From Acutalibacteraceae bacterium (GTDB taxonomy: Bacteria; Bacillota; Clostridia; Oscillospirales; Acutalibacteraceae), in the NCBI GenBank assembly GCA_045540195.1, contig JAZQGS010000001.1, forward strand, positions 28,324 to 92,323: 64,000 nt of DNA, written 5' to 3'. Below the pieces are notes generated by a model. The model ran no database searches and was not told the origin of the DNA. It worked only from the letters and a program-made list of their open reading frames with translations. Below, piece after piece: positions 46,540 through 56,033 of this stretch. Position numbers and translations under genes: made by a program. The first letter of the stretch is position 1, and the number at the start of each line of letters is the position of its first letter.

Positions 46540-48192
46540 ATGGAAGAAGAAATCAAGGTTTCCAATTTTATTCACGACTTTATAGATGAAGATTTAGAAA
46601 ACGGAGTCAACACCCGTGTTCAGACGCGTTTCCCGCCTGAGCCGAACGGATATCTCCACATCGGCCACGCAAAGGCTCTTTGCATCGACTTCAGCACAGC
46701 TGAAAAGTATAACGGCATCTGTAATCTCCGCTTTGACGATACAAACCCGTCAAGAGAGGATGTTGAATACATCGAGGCTATCAAAGAGGATATTCAGTGG
46801 CTCGGCTTCAAGTGGGAGAATATTTTCTACGCTTCGGGCTATTTCGATTTCGTATACGAGTGCGCTCTCAAGCTCATCCGCGACGGAAAGGCTTATGTTG
46901 ATGACCTGACTGCTGACGAAATCCGCGAATACAGAGGTACACTCACCGAGCCGGGTAAGGAGAGTCCTTACAGAAACCGCTCAGTTGAAGAGAATATGGA
47001 TTTGTTCAAGCGTATGACAGACGGAGAATTCGGAAACGGTGAAAAGGTGCTTCGCGCCAAGATTGATATGGCTTCGCCGAACCTCAATATGCGTGACCCC
47101 GTTATTTACAGAATTTCTCATGTTTCACATCATCAGACAGGTGACAAGTGGTGCGTTTATCCGATGTATGACTTTGCTCATCCGCTTTCAGACGCTAAAG
47201 AGAGAGTTACATATTCTCTGTGCTCACTTGAGTTTGAAAACCACCGTCCGCTTTATAATTGGTTTATTGAGCAGATCGGCTTTGACGAGCCGCCGAGACA
47301 GATTGAGTTCGCTCGCCTTAACATCAACTACTGCGTGACAAGTAAGCGCAAGCTTCTCGAAATGGTCAACAAGGGTATCGTTGCAGGCTGGGACGACCCG
47401 AGAATGATTACACTCTGCGGTATGCGCCGCCGCGGTTATCCTGCGGCAGCTGTCCGTGATTTCATAAGCAGAATCGGCGTTTCAAAGGCTGACAGCACGG
47501 TTGATTACGGTCTTATCGAGGCTTGCGTAAGAGATAATCTCAATCTCAACGCTCCGCGTGCAATGGCTGTTCTCAAGCCGCTGAAGGTTATCATCGACAA
47601 CTATCCCGAGGGACAGAGTGAGGAGTTTGAGGTTGAGCTTCATCCCGACCATCCCGAAATGGGCACAAGAAAGGTTACTTTCTCCCGTGAGCTTTTTGTT
47701 GAGCAGGATGACTTTATGGCAGAGCCTGCCAAGAAATATTTCCGTCTCTTCCCCGGCAACGAGGTTCGTTTTAAGAGCGCATATTTCATAAAGTGTAACT
47801 CTTACGAAACAGACGAAAACGGCAATGTAACCTGCCTTCACTGTACTTACGATCCCGAGAGCCGCGGCGGTAATTCACCCGACGGCAGAAAGGTCAAGGG
47901 TACAATCCATTGGGTTAATGCAAACGATTGCATCAGATGTGAGGCTCGTCTTTATGACAGACTCTTCAGCGCAGAGGAGCCGGGTAAGGAGCACGACTAT
48001 GAGGAAGACCTCAATCCCAACTCACTTACAGTTATCGACGACTGCCTTCTTGAGGGCGGCTTCGGCAATGTGAAGCCCGGAGATACCTTCCAGTTTATGC
48101 GTAACGGTTATTTCTGTGTGGATAAGGACAGCACAGATGACAAGCTCGTCTTTAACCGTACGGTTGCTCTCAACTCATCCTGGGGCAAGTAA
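46540..48192 (+). CDS. glnS: glutamine--tRNA ligase
   Basis: [24 protein letters not shown], and a GlnRS-type C-terminal beta-barrel region. Confidence 0.92.
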   Translation: MEEEIKVSNFIHDFIDEDLENGVNTRVQTRFPPEPNGYLHIGHAKALCIDFSTAEKYNGICNLRFDDTNPSREDVEYIEAIKEDIQWLGFKWENIFYASGYFDFVYECALKLIRDGKAYVDDLTADEIREYRGTLTEPGKESPYRNRSVEENMDLFKRMTDGEFGNGEKVLRAKIDMASPNLNMRDPVIYRISHVSHHQTGDKWCVYPMYDFAHPLSDAKERVTYSLCSLEFENHRPLYNWFIEQIGFDEPPRQIEFARLNINYCVTSKRKLLEMVNKGIVAGWDDPRMITLCGMRRRGYPAAAVRDFISRIGVSKADSTVDYGLIEACVRDNLNLNAPRAMAVLKPLKVIIDNYPEGQSEEFEVELHPDHPEMGTRKVTFSRELFVEQDDFMAEPAKKYFRLFPGNEVRFKSAYFIKCNSYETDENGNVTCLHCTYDPESRGGNSPDGRKVKGTIHWVNANDCIRCEARLYDRLFSAEEPGKEHDYEEDLNPNSLTVIDDCLLEGGFGNVKPGDTFQFMRNGYFCVDKDSTDDKLVFNRTVALNSSWGK

Positions 48193-48239
48193 AACATCTC
48201 ACAGATAACCGTTTTTGCGGTTGCTAAAGGAGCTTTGAT

Positions 48240-48932
48240 ATGAAAATTCTTAACAGAATTGTTACTTTTGTATTGGGACTTGCGATTTTTCCTGCTTTCG
48301 TGACGAGGGTGCTTGTAAGACTGATTGTTTCAATCGCGCCCGACTCAACCGCATATTCCCTGCTCTCAACAATAGCGAAGGATACAATCAATAACGGACT
48401 TGAATTCACGGTTACTCTGCAGGAGCTTTCCGGATATGTCCGCAACGGCACAATCTCCGTTTCAGGAATGGATTTCAGCCTTGATAAGCTGCCTGTTGAA
48501 ATGCTTGTTACAAAGAACTGGCTTATTGCGGCGGTTGTGCTTCTTGTGCTTGCACTTATTGTTGCTCTTACCGTTATGGGATGTGCTCTCTTTGCTCAGG
48601 CTCACAAGACTGTTATGGGCCTCGGTGCGGCAGGTGCGGCTTGCTGCTTTGCGGCAATGAGCTGTTTTTCAAAGTTTGCTGAGCCTTTTATGGCGGGCGA
48701 GATTGATATCGGTAAATTCCTCGGTCAGATGATACTCGGTGACGACGGACTTGTGTCATCAATCGGTACGATGTTTATGTCGGGTGCGATCAGTGTGGAT
48801 TTGCTTCAGCTCGGCAATGTTGCAATCACAATGGCAATTATTTTTATCGCTATAGTTTTATGGACATTTGCTTATTTCATCACGCTTCCGACAGACGCGA
48901 AGCCTGTCAAGGAAAAGAAAGCAAAGAAATAA
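48240..48932 (+). CDS. hypothetical multi-pass membrane protein
   Basis: Several hydrophobic segments and a lysine-rich C-terminus. No motif recognised. Confidence 0.6.
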   Translation: MKILNRIVTFVLGLAIFPAFVTRVLVRLIVSIAPDSTAYSLLSTIAKDTINNGLEFTVTLQELSGYVRNGTISVSGMDFSLDKLPVEMLVTKNWLIAAVVLLVLALIVALTVMGCALFAQAHKTVMGLGAAGAACCFAAMSCFSKFAEPFMAGEIDIGKFLGQMILGDDGLVSSIGTMFMSGAISVDLLQLGNVAITMAIIFIAIVLWTFAYFITLPTDAKPVKEKKAKK

Positions 48933-48940
48933 AATAAGAT

Positions 48941-48981
48941 AAAAAAGAAAGCTTGTAAGACCGCGGTCTTACAAGCTTTTT
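48941..48981. terminator. bidirectional intrinsic terminator
   Basis: gcttgtaagac-cgcg-gtcttacaagc flanked by an A-tract and a T-tract. Confidence 0.8.
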
Positions 48982-48993
48982 GTTATTCACAAA

Positions 48994-49524
48994 TCAATAG
49001 TTTTCTTTTCTGAGTTCAAAATAGCTCTGAGGATGCTTGCATACGGGGCAAAGCTCGGGAGCCTTCTTGCCCATAACGAGGTGACCGCAGTTGCGGCATT
49101 CCCACATTGTCTCCTCAGCCTTCTCAAAAACAGCCTTCATCTCGACATTGTTAAGAAGTGCGCGGTAACGCTCCTCGTGTGACTTCTCAATAGCGGCAAC
49201 AGCTCTGAACTGTGCTGCGAGCTCTGTGAAGCCCTCTTCCTCTGCGTCCTTTGCAAAGCGGTCATACATATCTGTCCACTCATAGTTTTCACCTGCGGCT
49301 GCAGCGGCAAGATTTTCTGCTGTGTTGCCGAGCTCACCGAGAGCCTTGAACCAGAGCTTAGCGTGCTCCTTTTCGTTGTTTGCGGTCTGCTCAAAGATAG
49401 CAGCGATCTGCTGATAGCCCTCTTTTTTTGCAACGCTTGCAAAATATGTGTACTTATTTCTTGCCTGCGATTCGCCTGCGAAAGCTTCCATAAGATTTTT
49501 TTCAGTTTTTGTGCCCTTGTACAT
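48994..49524 (-). CDS. rbr: rubrerythrin
   Basis: Diiron ferritin-like motifs [12 protein letters not shown] and EKEHAKLW. C-terminal rubredoxin CRNCGH ... CPVCKHP. Confidence 0.92.
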   Translation of the reverse strand: MYKGTKTEKNLMEAFAGESQARNKYTYFASVAKKEGYQQIAAIFEQTANNEKEHAKLWFKALGELGNTAENLAAAAAGENYEWTDMYDRFAKDAEEEGFTELAAQFRAVAAIEKSHEERYRALLNNVEMKAVFEKAEETMWECRNCGHLVMGKKAPELCPVCKHPQSYFELRKENY

Positions 49525-49549
49525 AATTGATTCTCCTTTTCTGTTTTAT

Positions 49550-50299
49550 TCAAAGCGGAAATCTTAACGAGATTTCACCGCTTGTAAGCGTGGTTTTTCT
49601 GCCGTTTTCGATAACGACAAGTCCGCCTTTTTCGTCAATGTCAACCGCGGTTGCACTGTGGGCGGTGTTGTTAAGAAAATAAACGATTTCTTTGCCGATG
49701 ACGATCGATTTAGCTTTATATTCACCGATATATTCATCGGGTGTCCGAGAAATCAGATTACGGATATTATTGACAGCTTCTGCCGCTAAAATACTGCGGT
49801 CAACCTTTTTGTTAAGAGAGCCGGCAATATTCCTGATTTCATCGGGGAAATCGGCGGTCGAGATGTTGATGCCGACACCGATAACAAGTTTTGTTAGTCT
49901 GCTGTTTTCGGTGACAGACTGCACGAGAATTCCGCAGACCTTTCGTCCGTCAAGATAAAGGTCGTTGACCCACTTGATCTGAGGCTTCAGTCCCGTCAGA
50001 GTCTCAATCGCCCTTGCACAGGCAACGGATACCGCACAAGTGATGCCTGTGAAATCAAAATCGGGGCTGTCGGTGTTGACTGTCAGAGAAAAATAGAGTC
50101 CGCTTCCCTCGGGGGAAAAGAAAGACTTGCCCTGTCTGCCGCGGCCGCTTGTCTGTGAATCAGCAATCACAAGATACGGTCTGTTGCCCGTTTTGCAAAG
50201 CTCCTTTGCCACATCGTTGGTCGAGCCGACAGTATCAAAGATAAGAATTTCGGTATCCTTATCAAAAAGAAGGCCTTCTATTTTTGTCCGGTCAAGCAT
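49550..50299 (-). CDS. birA: biotin--[acetyl-CoA-carboxylase] ligase, group I (no HTH)
   Basis: GRGRQGKSF motif. At 249 aa it lacks an N-terminal DNA-binding domain. Confidence 0.88.
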   Translation of the reverse strand: MLDRTKIEGLLFDKDTEILIFDTVGSTNDVAKELCKTGNRPYLVIADSQTSGRGRQGKSFFSPEGSGLYFSLTVNTDSPDFDFTGITCAVSVACARAIETLTGLKPQIKWVNDLYLDGRKVCGILVQSVTENSRLTKLVIGVGINISTADFPDEIRNIAGSLNKKVDRSILAAEAVNNIRNLISRTPDEYIGEYKAKSIVIGKEIVYFLNNTAHSATAVDIDEKGGLVVIENGRKTTLTSGEISLRFPL

Positions 50300-50403
50300 T
50301 TTTTCACCTCGTCAATATATTATCACAATCTGTTTGACTATACAAGCACAAGATTCAAATTTTGAGAATAGAATATATTATACTGTTTGCGGAGGTTAGA
50401 TTG

Positions 50404-51402
50404 ATGACAGGCAACTGCTTTTATTACGGAGCGTATACTCCGCGGGGATATTTCTCTCTGGCAACAAGACAGACATATTCTGCGCGCAGAAATTATGTGA
50501 TAAGGTCGTACAGCCCGTCTGTGAAGCGGAGGCTTTTTGATGAAATCAGAGAACAGCTCAGAAGCAAGGGATATGAATATACCGATTTTTTTGCCGACTG
50601 CGGTAGTGACGGAATTTTTTGCAGAGAAGCGGATTTTCGCATAATCGACGGAACATATATGGGAATTGATAATGCGGATTTTGACGAGGTTTGTCTAGAT
50701 AAGGATATCGGCGCAAAGGCGCAGTCGGTGATTGCCGAGAGGGAAGAGGCGGTGAGCCGTGCGGTAAGATTTCTCGGTGCCTGCCGATGTATAAACGATG
50801 ATATGTCCCGACTTGAATCAGGCAACATTGACCTTGCGAAAATAAACCGTTATTCCTCGCGGCTGTGGTCACAGACGGGCGGAAGGCTCAGGGGCAATGT
50901 CGGAACTGAACATAAGCGGTTTCTGACCGCCGTAACCTCGGACGGAGTTGAGATGAACACCGCCGCATTCGACGGCTGTGACAAGGTCACCGTTATCAGC
51001 GACCGCACGGGTGTGTGCGCGCGAAAAATCATCGACAGAGTCCGCCGATACGCCCTTAGTGCGGGTTATGATGTGATTTCGTGCCTTTGCCCGATGAATG
51101 TCGCGGCAGGCGCAGAGCACATAATTATCCCCGAGCTGAAATACGGAATTTTCACAAGCAAGCATTATCATAAGGCGGATTTTATCGGCGGACGCAAGAT
51201 TTTCGCAAGCCGATTCATTACCGATGCCGCTGAGAATAAAAACCGTATCGATTTCAGCTTCAAGGCATACAAGCGGCTGATGCAGGAGGTTTTCTCGTCA
51301 CTCGAAAAGGCGGAATTCTGTGACAGCGAGCTTGACAAGATTCTTGTAAATAATGATTGTGATACGGCAGGGGATTTTTTACAAGCTCTTTTTCGGACTT
51401 GA
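50404..51402 (+). CDS. hypothetical protein, possibly a duplicated P-loop-fold protein with both Walker A motifs lost
   Basis: ATG at 50404 lies 8 nt after GGAGG. The two halves have similar layout (...YVIRSYSPSVKRRLFDEI... and ...VTVISDRTGVCARKIIDRV...). No GxxGxGK[ST] is present. Confidence 0.6.
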   Translation: MTGNCFYYGAYTPRGYFSLATRQTYSARRNYVIRSYSPSVKRRLFDEIREQLRSKGYEYTDFFADCGSDGIFCREADFRIIDGTYMGIDNADFDEVCLDKDIGAKAQSVIAEREEAVSRAVRFLGACRCINDDMSRLESGNIDLAKINRYSSRLWSQTGGRLRGNVGTEHKRFLTAVTSDGVEMNTAAFDGCDKVTVISDRTGVCARKIIDRVRRYALSAGYDVISCLCPMNVAAGAEHIIIPELKYGIFTSKHYHKADFIGGRKIFASRFITDAAENKNRIDFSFKAYKRLMQEVFSSLEKAEFCDSELDKILVNNDCDTAGDFLQALFRT

Positions 51403-51447
51403 AATTTAAAATATTAGTAGTATAATAAGGTCAAGGAGGAATTAAAA

Positions 51448-52311
51448 ATGAAAAAACTTTTATCAATCACACTTGCAATCGTGCTTTGCCTTTCGGTGAT
51501 GCCGTTTGCCCTTGCCGCCACTGTCAGAGGAGATGCAAACCTTGACGGCAGTGTCAATTCCATTGATGCACTTCTCATTCTGCGAAAAGCCGTTCAGATT
51601 GAGGATGATGTTTTCAATGAGTATACATACGATGTCAACGGTGACTATAAAATCAATTCACTTGATGCTCTGCGTGTGCTTATGATCGCGGTTAAGAGCG
51701 ACGATCCGCTGACATATAACAAAAAAGAGCTTCTCAAATTCTATTCTGATGCGCTCTTGTCATCTTACATCACAACAGACAGAATTGATTACAGCGACTG
51801 CTACAAGTCTGTTCTTGTCAACGATGCCGACCCGTCACAGAAGATTGATTTCGACGACACCTATGCCGACACAATCACCTTCACAGACGGATATGACGAA
51901 ATCGGTCTTACACCTGCCGACTATTTCCCGATTCCGTGGATTCACGAGGACGGAGTTGCCGATGCAAGCATCACAAAGACTGAGGAAGGCTATGAGGTAA
52001 AAATCACTCTTATTGAAGAGAAGGTTACCTTCGACGAGCCGATTCCGCCCTATCACGCTGATCACGCTTGCTACTCTGACTGCACACTCAGCGGCTTCGA
52101 GGATGCGTGGATTGAGGATTCAACAGCGGTTTATTCGGGAGCGACAATTACCGCTACAATCAACAATCAGGGCTATGTGACAATGCTTTCTGTTCTTTCT
52201 CCGTTTGTCATAAATATGACTCTTGCAACTGAGTATGACAGCGAAACCCTTGACGCAACAGAAACAGGAACCTACGGCTTTACAATCTTTATATACGGAC
52301 TTACACAGTAA
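51448..52311 (+). CDS. secreted protein with N-terminal dockerin and an unknown C-terminal domain
   Basis: Signal peptide, then GDANLDGSVNSIDALLIL ... YDVNGDYKINSLDALRVL. Confidence 0.8.
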   Translation: MKKLLSITLAIVLCLSVMPFALAATVRGDANLDGSVNSIDALLILRKAVQIEDDVFNEYTYDVNGDYKINSLDALRVLMIAVKSDDPLTYNKKELLKFYSDALLSSYITTDRIDYSDCYKSVLVNDADPSQKIDFDDTYADTITFTDGYDEIGLTPADYFPIPWIHEDGVADASITKTEEGYEVKITLIEEKVTFDEPIPPYHADHACYSDCTLSGFEDAWIEDSTAVYSGATITATINNQGYVTMLSVLSPFVINMTLATEYDSETLDATETGTYGFTIFIYGLTQ

Positions 52312-52316
52312 AAAAT

Positions 52317-52348
52317 AAGAGGCAATGCCGAGTGCATTGCCTCTTTTC
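52317..52348. terminator. bidirectional intrinsic terminator
   Basis: aagaggcaatgc-cgagt-gcattgcctctt plus T-tract. Confidence 0.8.
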
Positions 52349-53212
52349 TTATATTGCTTCAAACATGTCCGCAAGTCTGCGCACGCTGTTTTTAAGGTCA
52401 CAGATGCCCTCGAAAACATTGTCTGCCGTGCGACCGTCGAGATATCTGTCAGCCTCAAGCGTGAAATATCCCTTATAACCGATTTCCTTTAAGGCCCTGA
52501 CAACACCTTCAAAATCAATATCCATTGAAAGCGGAATCTGATGGCTGTCGTGCCAACAGTCGTTATCGTGAATATGCAGAGCCTGCAGTCGGTGACCGAG
52601 AGCCTTTATCATATTGACCGCGCCCGAGCCCGAGCCGCGCATTTCCGCGTGTCCGATATCAAGACACGCAACGAGAAAATCATCGTTCACGATGTCGATG
52701 TGCTCAACAAAATCCTCCGTCGTTGCACAGGCGGCAAAGGAGCTTTCGTTCTTTTCATCATCCCAGTTCCACATATTTTCGGTTGCTATTTTAACACCGC
52801 AATCCCTTGCGAATGGGAGAAGTTCGTTATACATCTCTGCATTTTCCTGAGCGGATTTATTGTTGTCGGGGTGGATAATACAGATTTGTCCGCCTGCTTC
52901 AGCTGTGCATTCAATCGCGCGCTTATAATAAGAACGGATAGCCGCACAGGCTGTCGGAAACGGAGCGTGAGACTGGTTGCAGACGATGCCGTTATCAAGA
53001 CCGATCTGCTTTAGTTTTCGCGCAAACGCAAGATAATTGTCCCCTGCGAGAGGGTGGGAGTTCGGAAGAAGAATTTTCTTACCCCAGTCATATCTGCACA
53101 TATCGAACATCGAAAAATCCCAGGCATCAAAGCCCGCCTTAGCGATAAGCTCGACCGCCTTTTCTTCTCCGACGATCCTGCCCGATGAGCATATTTCAGT
53201 CGAAATTTTCAT
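52349..53212 (-). CDS. sugar phosphate isomerase/epimerase (xylose-isomerase-like TIM barrel)
   Basis: AP-endonuclease-2/TIM barrel-like layout with the metal-ligand contexts IIHPD, CLDIGHA and HIHDN. Confidence 0.8.
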   Translation of the reverse strand: MKISTEICSSGRIVGEEKAVELIAKAGFDAWDFSMFDMCRYDWGKKILLPNSHPLAGDNYLAFARKLKQIGLDNGIVCNQSHAPFPTACAAIRSYYKRAIECTAEAGGQICIIHPDNNKSAQENAEMYNELLPFARDCGVKIATENMWNWDDEKNESSFAACATTEDFVEHIDIVNDDFLVACLDIGHAEMRGSGSGAVNMIKALGHRLQALHIHDNDCWHDSHQIPLSMDIDFEGVVRALKEIGYKGYFTLEADRYLDGRTADNVFEGICDLKNSVRRLADMFEAI

Positions 53213-53224
53213 ATAGAATACTCC

Positions 53225-54178
53225 TTAAAACTCAATATTAAAAATCAATTTACTGTGGTTTTCAGTTGTTGCTTGACCTTCCATATTACACTTAGCCTTA
53301 GTACTCATTTTGCTGATAGCACCATCAATGCTGGATGCTGTTTTCTTTGACATTGTAGCAGAAGCGGCACCCTCTAAAACTAATGTTTGATTTTTAATTG
53401 AATTTGTGTTGTTGCAACGCATATTTATCAAATTCTTGATATTGTTGTCGTGAGCAAACCATTTCAGGTCGGGGATTTTAACATCGTCACTTCCGCTAAA
53501 CTGAATATCTAGCTTACCCGAGCGCTGAGATTTACCTTTATATGAAGATTTTTGTTCGGATTTTGCCGAAGCACTAATTTTAAGACCGCGAACAATGTTA
53601 TTTTCCTCAGCTTCATAATTAGCCTTTGCGCTGGAGCTTTCAACGCTTGATTCAACAATTTCTATTGAGCAACTCTTTGCGCCTAATGAGTATGCAATAT
53701 TTTGTAATTCAGCCAACCTTTCTTCGTGTGCTTTACTGAAAATACAGTCCGTTTGAATAAAACAAGTTCTGTCAAAACGGTCTACATAATATATAGCGTC
53801 GCATATAGGGGTAGGAATAAATTGAATGCCGCAATCGTTGATGAATTCATCGTAAAGATGTAAAACTTCCATTCCGTTCTGATTACTTGTCCAGCCGATA
53901 GCGCCCTCACAAACATCAATTCCACGCCTTTCGGCATCATCAACAATTACAATCATATTTGGAAGGTTAAAGCTGTCGCTGAAATATTTATCGGGAAAAA
54001 GAGGATTAAGCTTTTTGAGTTTTCTTGTGTAAGCATCGTTTTTCGCTTTTGCCGAAATATCCTTTGCTGTTTTTTGAACGCTTGTGGTAACTCGTTTGCC
54101 TAACTCAGATGTTTTGTGAATAGCATCAGACATTGCCTCTGAACCTTTTTTTACATCAATATTGAATTTCGATTTCAT
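53225..54178 (-). CDS. hypothetical protein, no recognisable motif, AT-rich
   Basis: Uninterrupted 317-codon frame with a GGAGGAA RBS upstream. It has a K-rich helical N-terminus, a Cys-containing central part and an S/K/A-rich C-terminal part. Confidence 0.65.
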   Translation of the reverse strand: MKSKFNIDVKKGSEAMSDAIHKTSELGKRVTTSVQKTAKDISAKAKNDAYTRKLKKLNPLFPDKYFSDSFNLPNMIVIVDDAERRGIDVCEGAIGWTSNQNGMEVLHLYDEFINDCGIQFIPTPICDAIYYVDRFDRTCFIQTDCIFSKAHEERLAELQNIAYSLGAKSCSIEIVESSVESSSAKANYEAEENNIVRGLKISASAKSEQKSSYKGKSQRSGKLDIQFSGSDDVKIPDLKWFAHDNNIKNLINMRCNNTNSIKNQTLVLEGAASATMSKKTASSIDGAISKMSTKAKCNMEGQATTENHSKLIFNIEF

Positions 54179-54218
54179 TTTGTTCCTCCGTTTGTTTGCA
54201 ATTCGTAGTGATATTCAG

Positions 54219-54239
54219 CCTCCCTTGCCTAAAGGGAGG
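54219..54239. repeat. 21-nt hairpin element, copy 1
   Basis: cctcccttgcctaaagggagg. This is the exact reverse complement of 54645-54665. Confidence 0.85.
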
Positions 54240-54248
54240 GGGACCGCG

Positions 54249-54659
54249 TCAGCGGTGGAGGGATTCTTTAACGAGCATATCTATATACTCACAAACCCCA
54301 TAGAAATTACTGTTGATTTCATTATTAGGTATTCGGACAACTGTCAGATTTCTTTTTTCAATTTTCTCTGTTCGGATTTTATCTTTCAATAAACCGATTT
54401 CATCGTAATGCTGTGAGCCGTCAAGCTCGATTATAAGCCTTGCTTGGTGGCAATAGAAATCTACAATATAATTATCAATTACTTTCTGACGGAGAAAACG
54501 AACAGGATATTCTTTTAAAAAATCATACCAAAGATGTCTTTCTTCTTTGGTCATATTCTTTCTTAATGCTTTTGCATTTTCGGTCAGCGAGATGTTGTGT
54601 TTTCTTTCCACTGTATCCCTCCGTCTTTTGCTTCGCAAAATCCACCTCCCTTTAGGCAA
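54249..54659 (-). CDS. DUF559 endonuclease-fold protein (Vsr/restriction-endonuclease-like)
   Basis: LRKNMTKEERHLWYDFL ... FLRQKVIDNYIVDFYC ... IIELDGSQH ... D..R is typical of DUF559. A more likely start is GTG 54611 after GGAGGG; the ATG at 54659 lies inside hairpin copy 2. Confidence 0.8.
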   Translation of the reverse strand: MPKGRWILRSKRRRDTVERKHNISLTENAKALRKNMTKEERHLWYDFLKEYPVRFLRQKVIDNYIVDFYCHQARLIIELDGSQHYDEIGLLKDKIRTEKIEKRNLTVVRIPNNEINSNFYGVCEYIDMLVKESLHR

Positions 54660-54665
54660 GGGAGG
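54645..54665. repeat. 21-nt hairpin element, copy 2 (inverted)
   Basis: cctccctttaggcaagggagg. This is the reverse complement of copy 1. Each copy is itself an 8-bp stem with a 5-nt loop. Confidence 0.85.
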
Positions 54666-54689
54666 CTTTTCGTTTATCGAAATTACATA

Positions 54690-55784
54690 TTACCAACGGT
54701 TTTCAACATACTCGCAGAAGGTGCAGAGGTCTTTGATTTCAATTACGGTGCCCTCGACGAGGGTAACCGTGCGGTTACAGATGCCGTAAACCTGATGACA
54801 GTTCATTCTGCCGATAAGAAGATTGACATCGCTGTGGTTGTCGAGTGTCGGCTTCATCGTCATATTGAAGCGGCCGTCCTCGGAAATAAATTTCCATTCC
54901 TCCATAAATCTGCCCTTGGGGAATTTCTCAACATCAATCGCACCGAATTTATGTGCCTTTCCGTCATAGAAAATTGCGGTTTCGGTCGCATTACTCTCGT
55001 TACCTATAGCCCAGGTGATTTCAAAGCCGAGGCTGTGCTTGATGCCTTCAGCATCGTAATGATAGGTTGAGCCGCAGCCCCAATACCATACCATTTTGTG
55101 AATAGTGTTTACACGACCCCAGTCCATTGCACAGAATGCGCTGTCCTTTGTCATTGTATAGACAAAGTCGCCGTATCTGAAGGTGACATCACAGGGCATA
55201 CACATCTGCTTGGTTGTCATAAAGTATCTTGTTTCATCCTCATCAAAGGGAAGAACGGTTGTGATTGTTTCAGAGTCGGGAAGAATATCCATATTGACTC
55301 TGACCTCACAGAGCTTACCCTTGTGCATCTTTTTATACCACAGATTTCTCTCGGTTTTCTTTGTGTCAAAGTCAAATTCAGCCTTGCCGATTTTATCCTT
55401 GTAGCGGTTCGGAATATCGCCCTTTGCGGGCGGAACATGCTTGTTCGGTCCGAGAAAATACTGGATTGCATCAACAATAACCTCACCTGTGGAAAGGTTA
55501 GTGAGCTTTGCGCTGACATAACCGCCGATGTTGATGTTGGCAAAGCTGACAAGAACCTGAAATTTGCCGTCGTCGATGGTATAAAAATCCCATTCCTTAC
55601 GGCTCATTATGCCCGTCTTGACATAGTCGCGGTTATATGTGAAATAATTATGCCTTGCCCAACCCTTTGCAAGAAGCTTGCCGTCAGGGGAGAGAAGCGG
55701 AGTTTCTTTTGTATATTCCGTCTGCTTTGACGGTCTTTTCCAATCCTTGAAGGGCACATAGGTGCGCGGTAATTCGTTGCTCAT
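54690..55784 (-). CDS. DUF2804-like protein
   Basis: 364 aa with a GGAGG RBS. The N-terminal LLSPDGKLLAKGWARHNYF and WDFY layout matches my recollection of DUF2804; not verified. Confidence 0.65.
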   Translation of the reverse strand: MSNELPRTYVPFKDWKRPSKQTEYTKETPLLSPDGKLLAKGWARHNYFTYNRDYVKTGIMSRKEWDFYTIDDGKFQVLVSFANINIGGYVSAKLTNLSTGEVIVDAIQYFLGPNKHVPPAKGDIPNRYKDKIGKAEFDFDTKKTERNLWYKKMHKGKLCEVRVNMDILPDSETITTVLPFDEDETRYFMTTKQMCMPCDVTFRYGDFVYTMTKDSAFCAMDWGRVNTIHKMVWYWGCGSTYHYDAEGIKHSLGFEITWAIGNESNATETAIFYDGKAHKFGAIDVEKFPKGRFMEEWKFISEDGRFNMTMKPTLDNHSDVNLLIGRMNCHQVYGICNRTVTLVEGTVIEIKDLCTFCEYVENRW

Positions 55785-55868
55785 TTTTATACCTCCGTTT
55801 TGAATTTAATTTCCTTTTTCATTATAGCAAATAAATTTCCCGAATGGTATAGTTTTTAAAAAAATTAT

Positions 55869-55901
55869 ACAAAAACCTCGGATATACTGCGACATCCGAG
55901 G
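55869..55901 (-). terminator. intrinsic terminator of the micro-ORF transcript
   Basis: Reverse strand reads cctcggat-gtcgcagtat-atccgagg followed by ttttt. Confidence 0.65.
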
Positions 55902-55952
55902 TGATTGCTTATAACGAATTTATCATCGAAAGATGCTCTGTGTAAAGGGGCT

Positions 55953-56003
55953 TTACATTATGACCGACATAAGCATTGCGGTCAGTCTGTTTATAAAGCT
56001 CAT
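55953..56003 (-). CDS. 16-codon micro-ORF (MSFINRLTAMLMSVIM)
   Basis: AAGGAGG (reverse of 56012-56018) lies 8 nt before the ATG. A consensus promoter sits upstream and a terminator about 50 nt downstream. Confidence 0.4.
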   Translation of the reverse strand: MSFINRLTAMLMSVIM

Positions 56004-56033
56004 CTGAACAGCCTCCTTAATTCCTTTTAGGAA

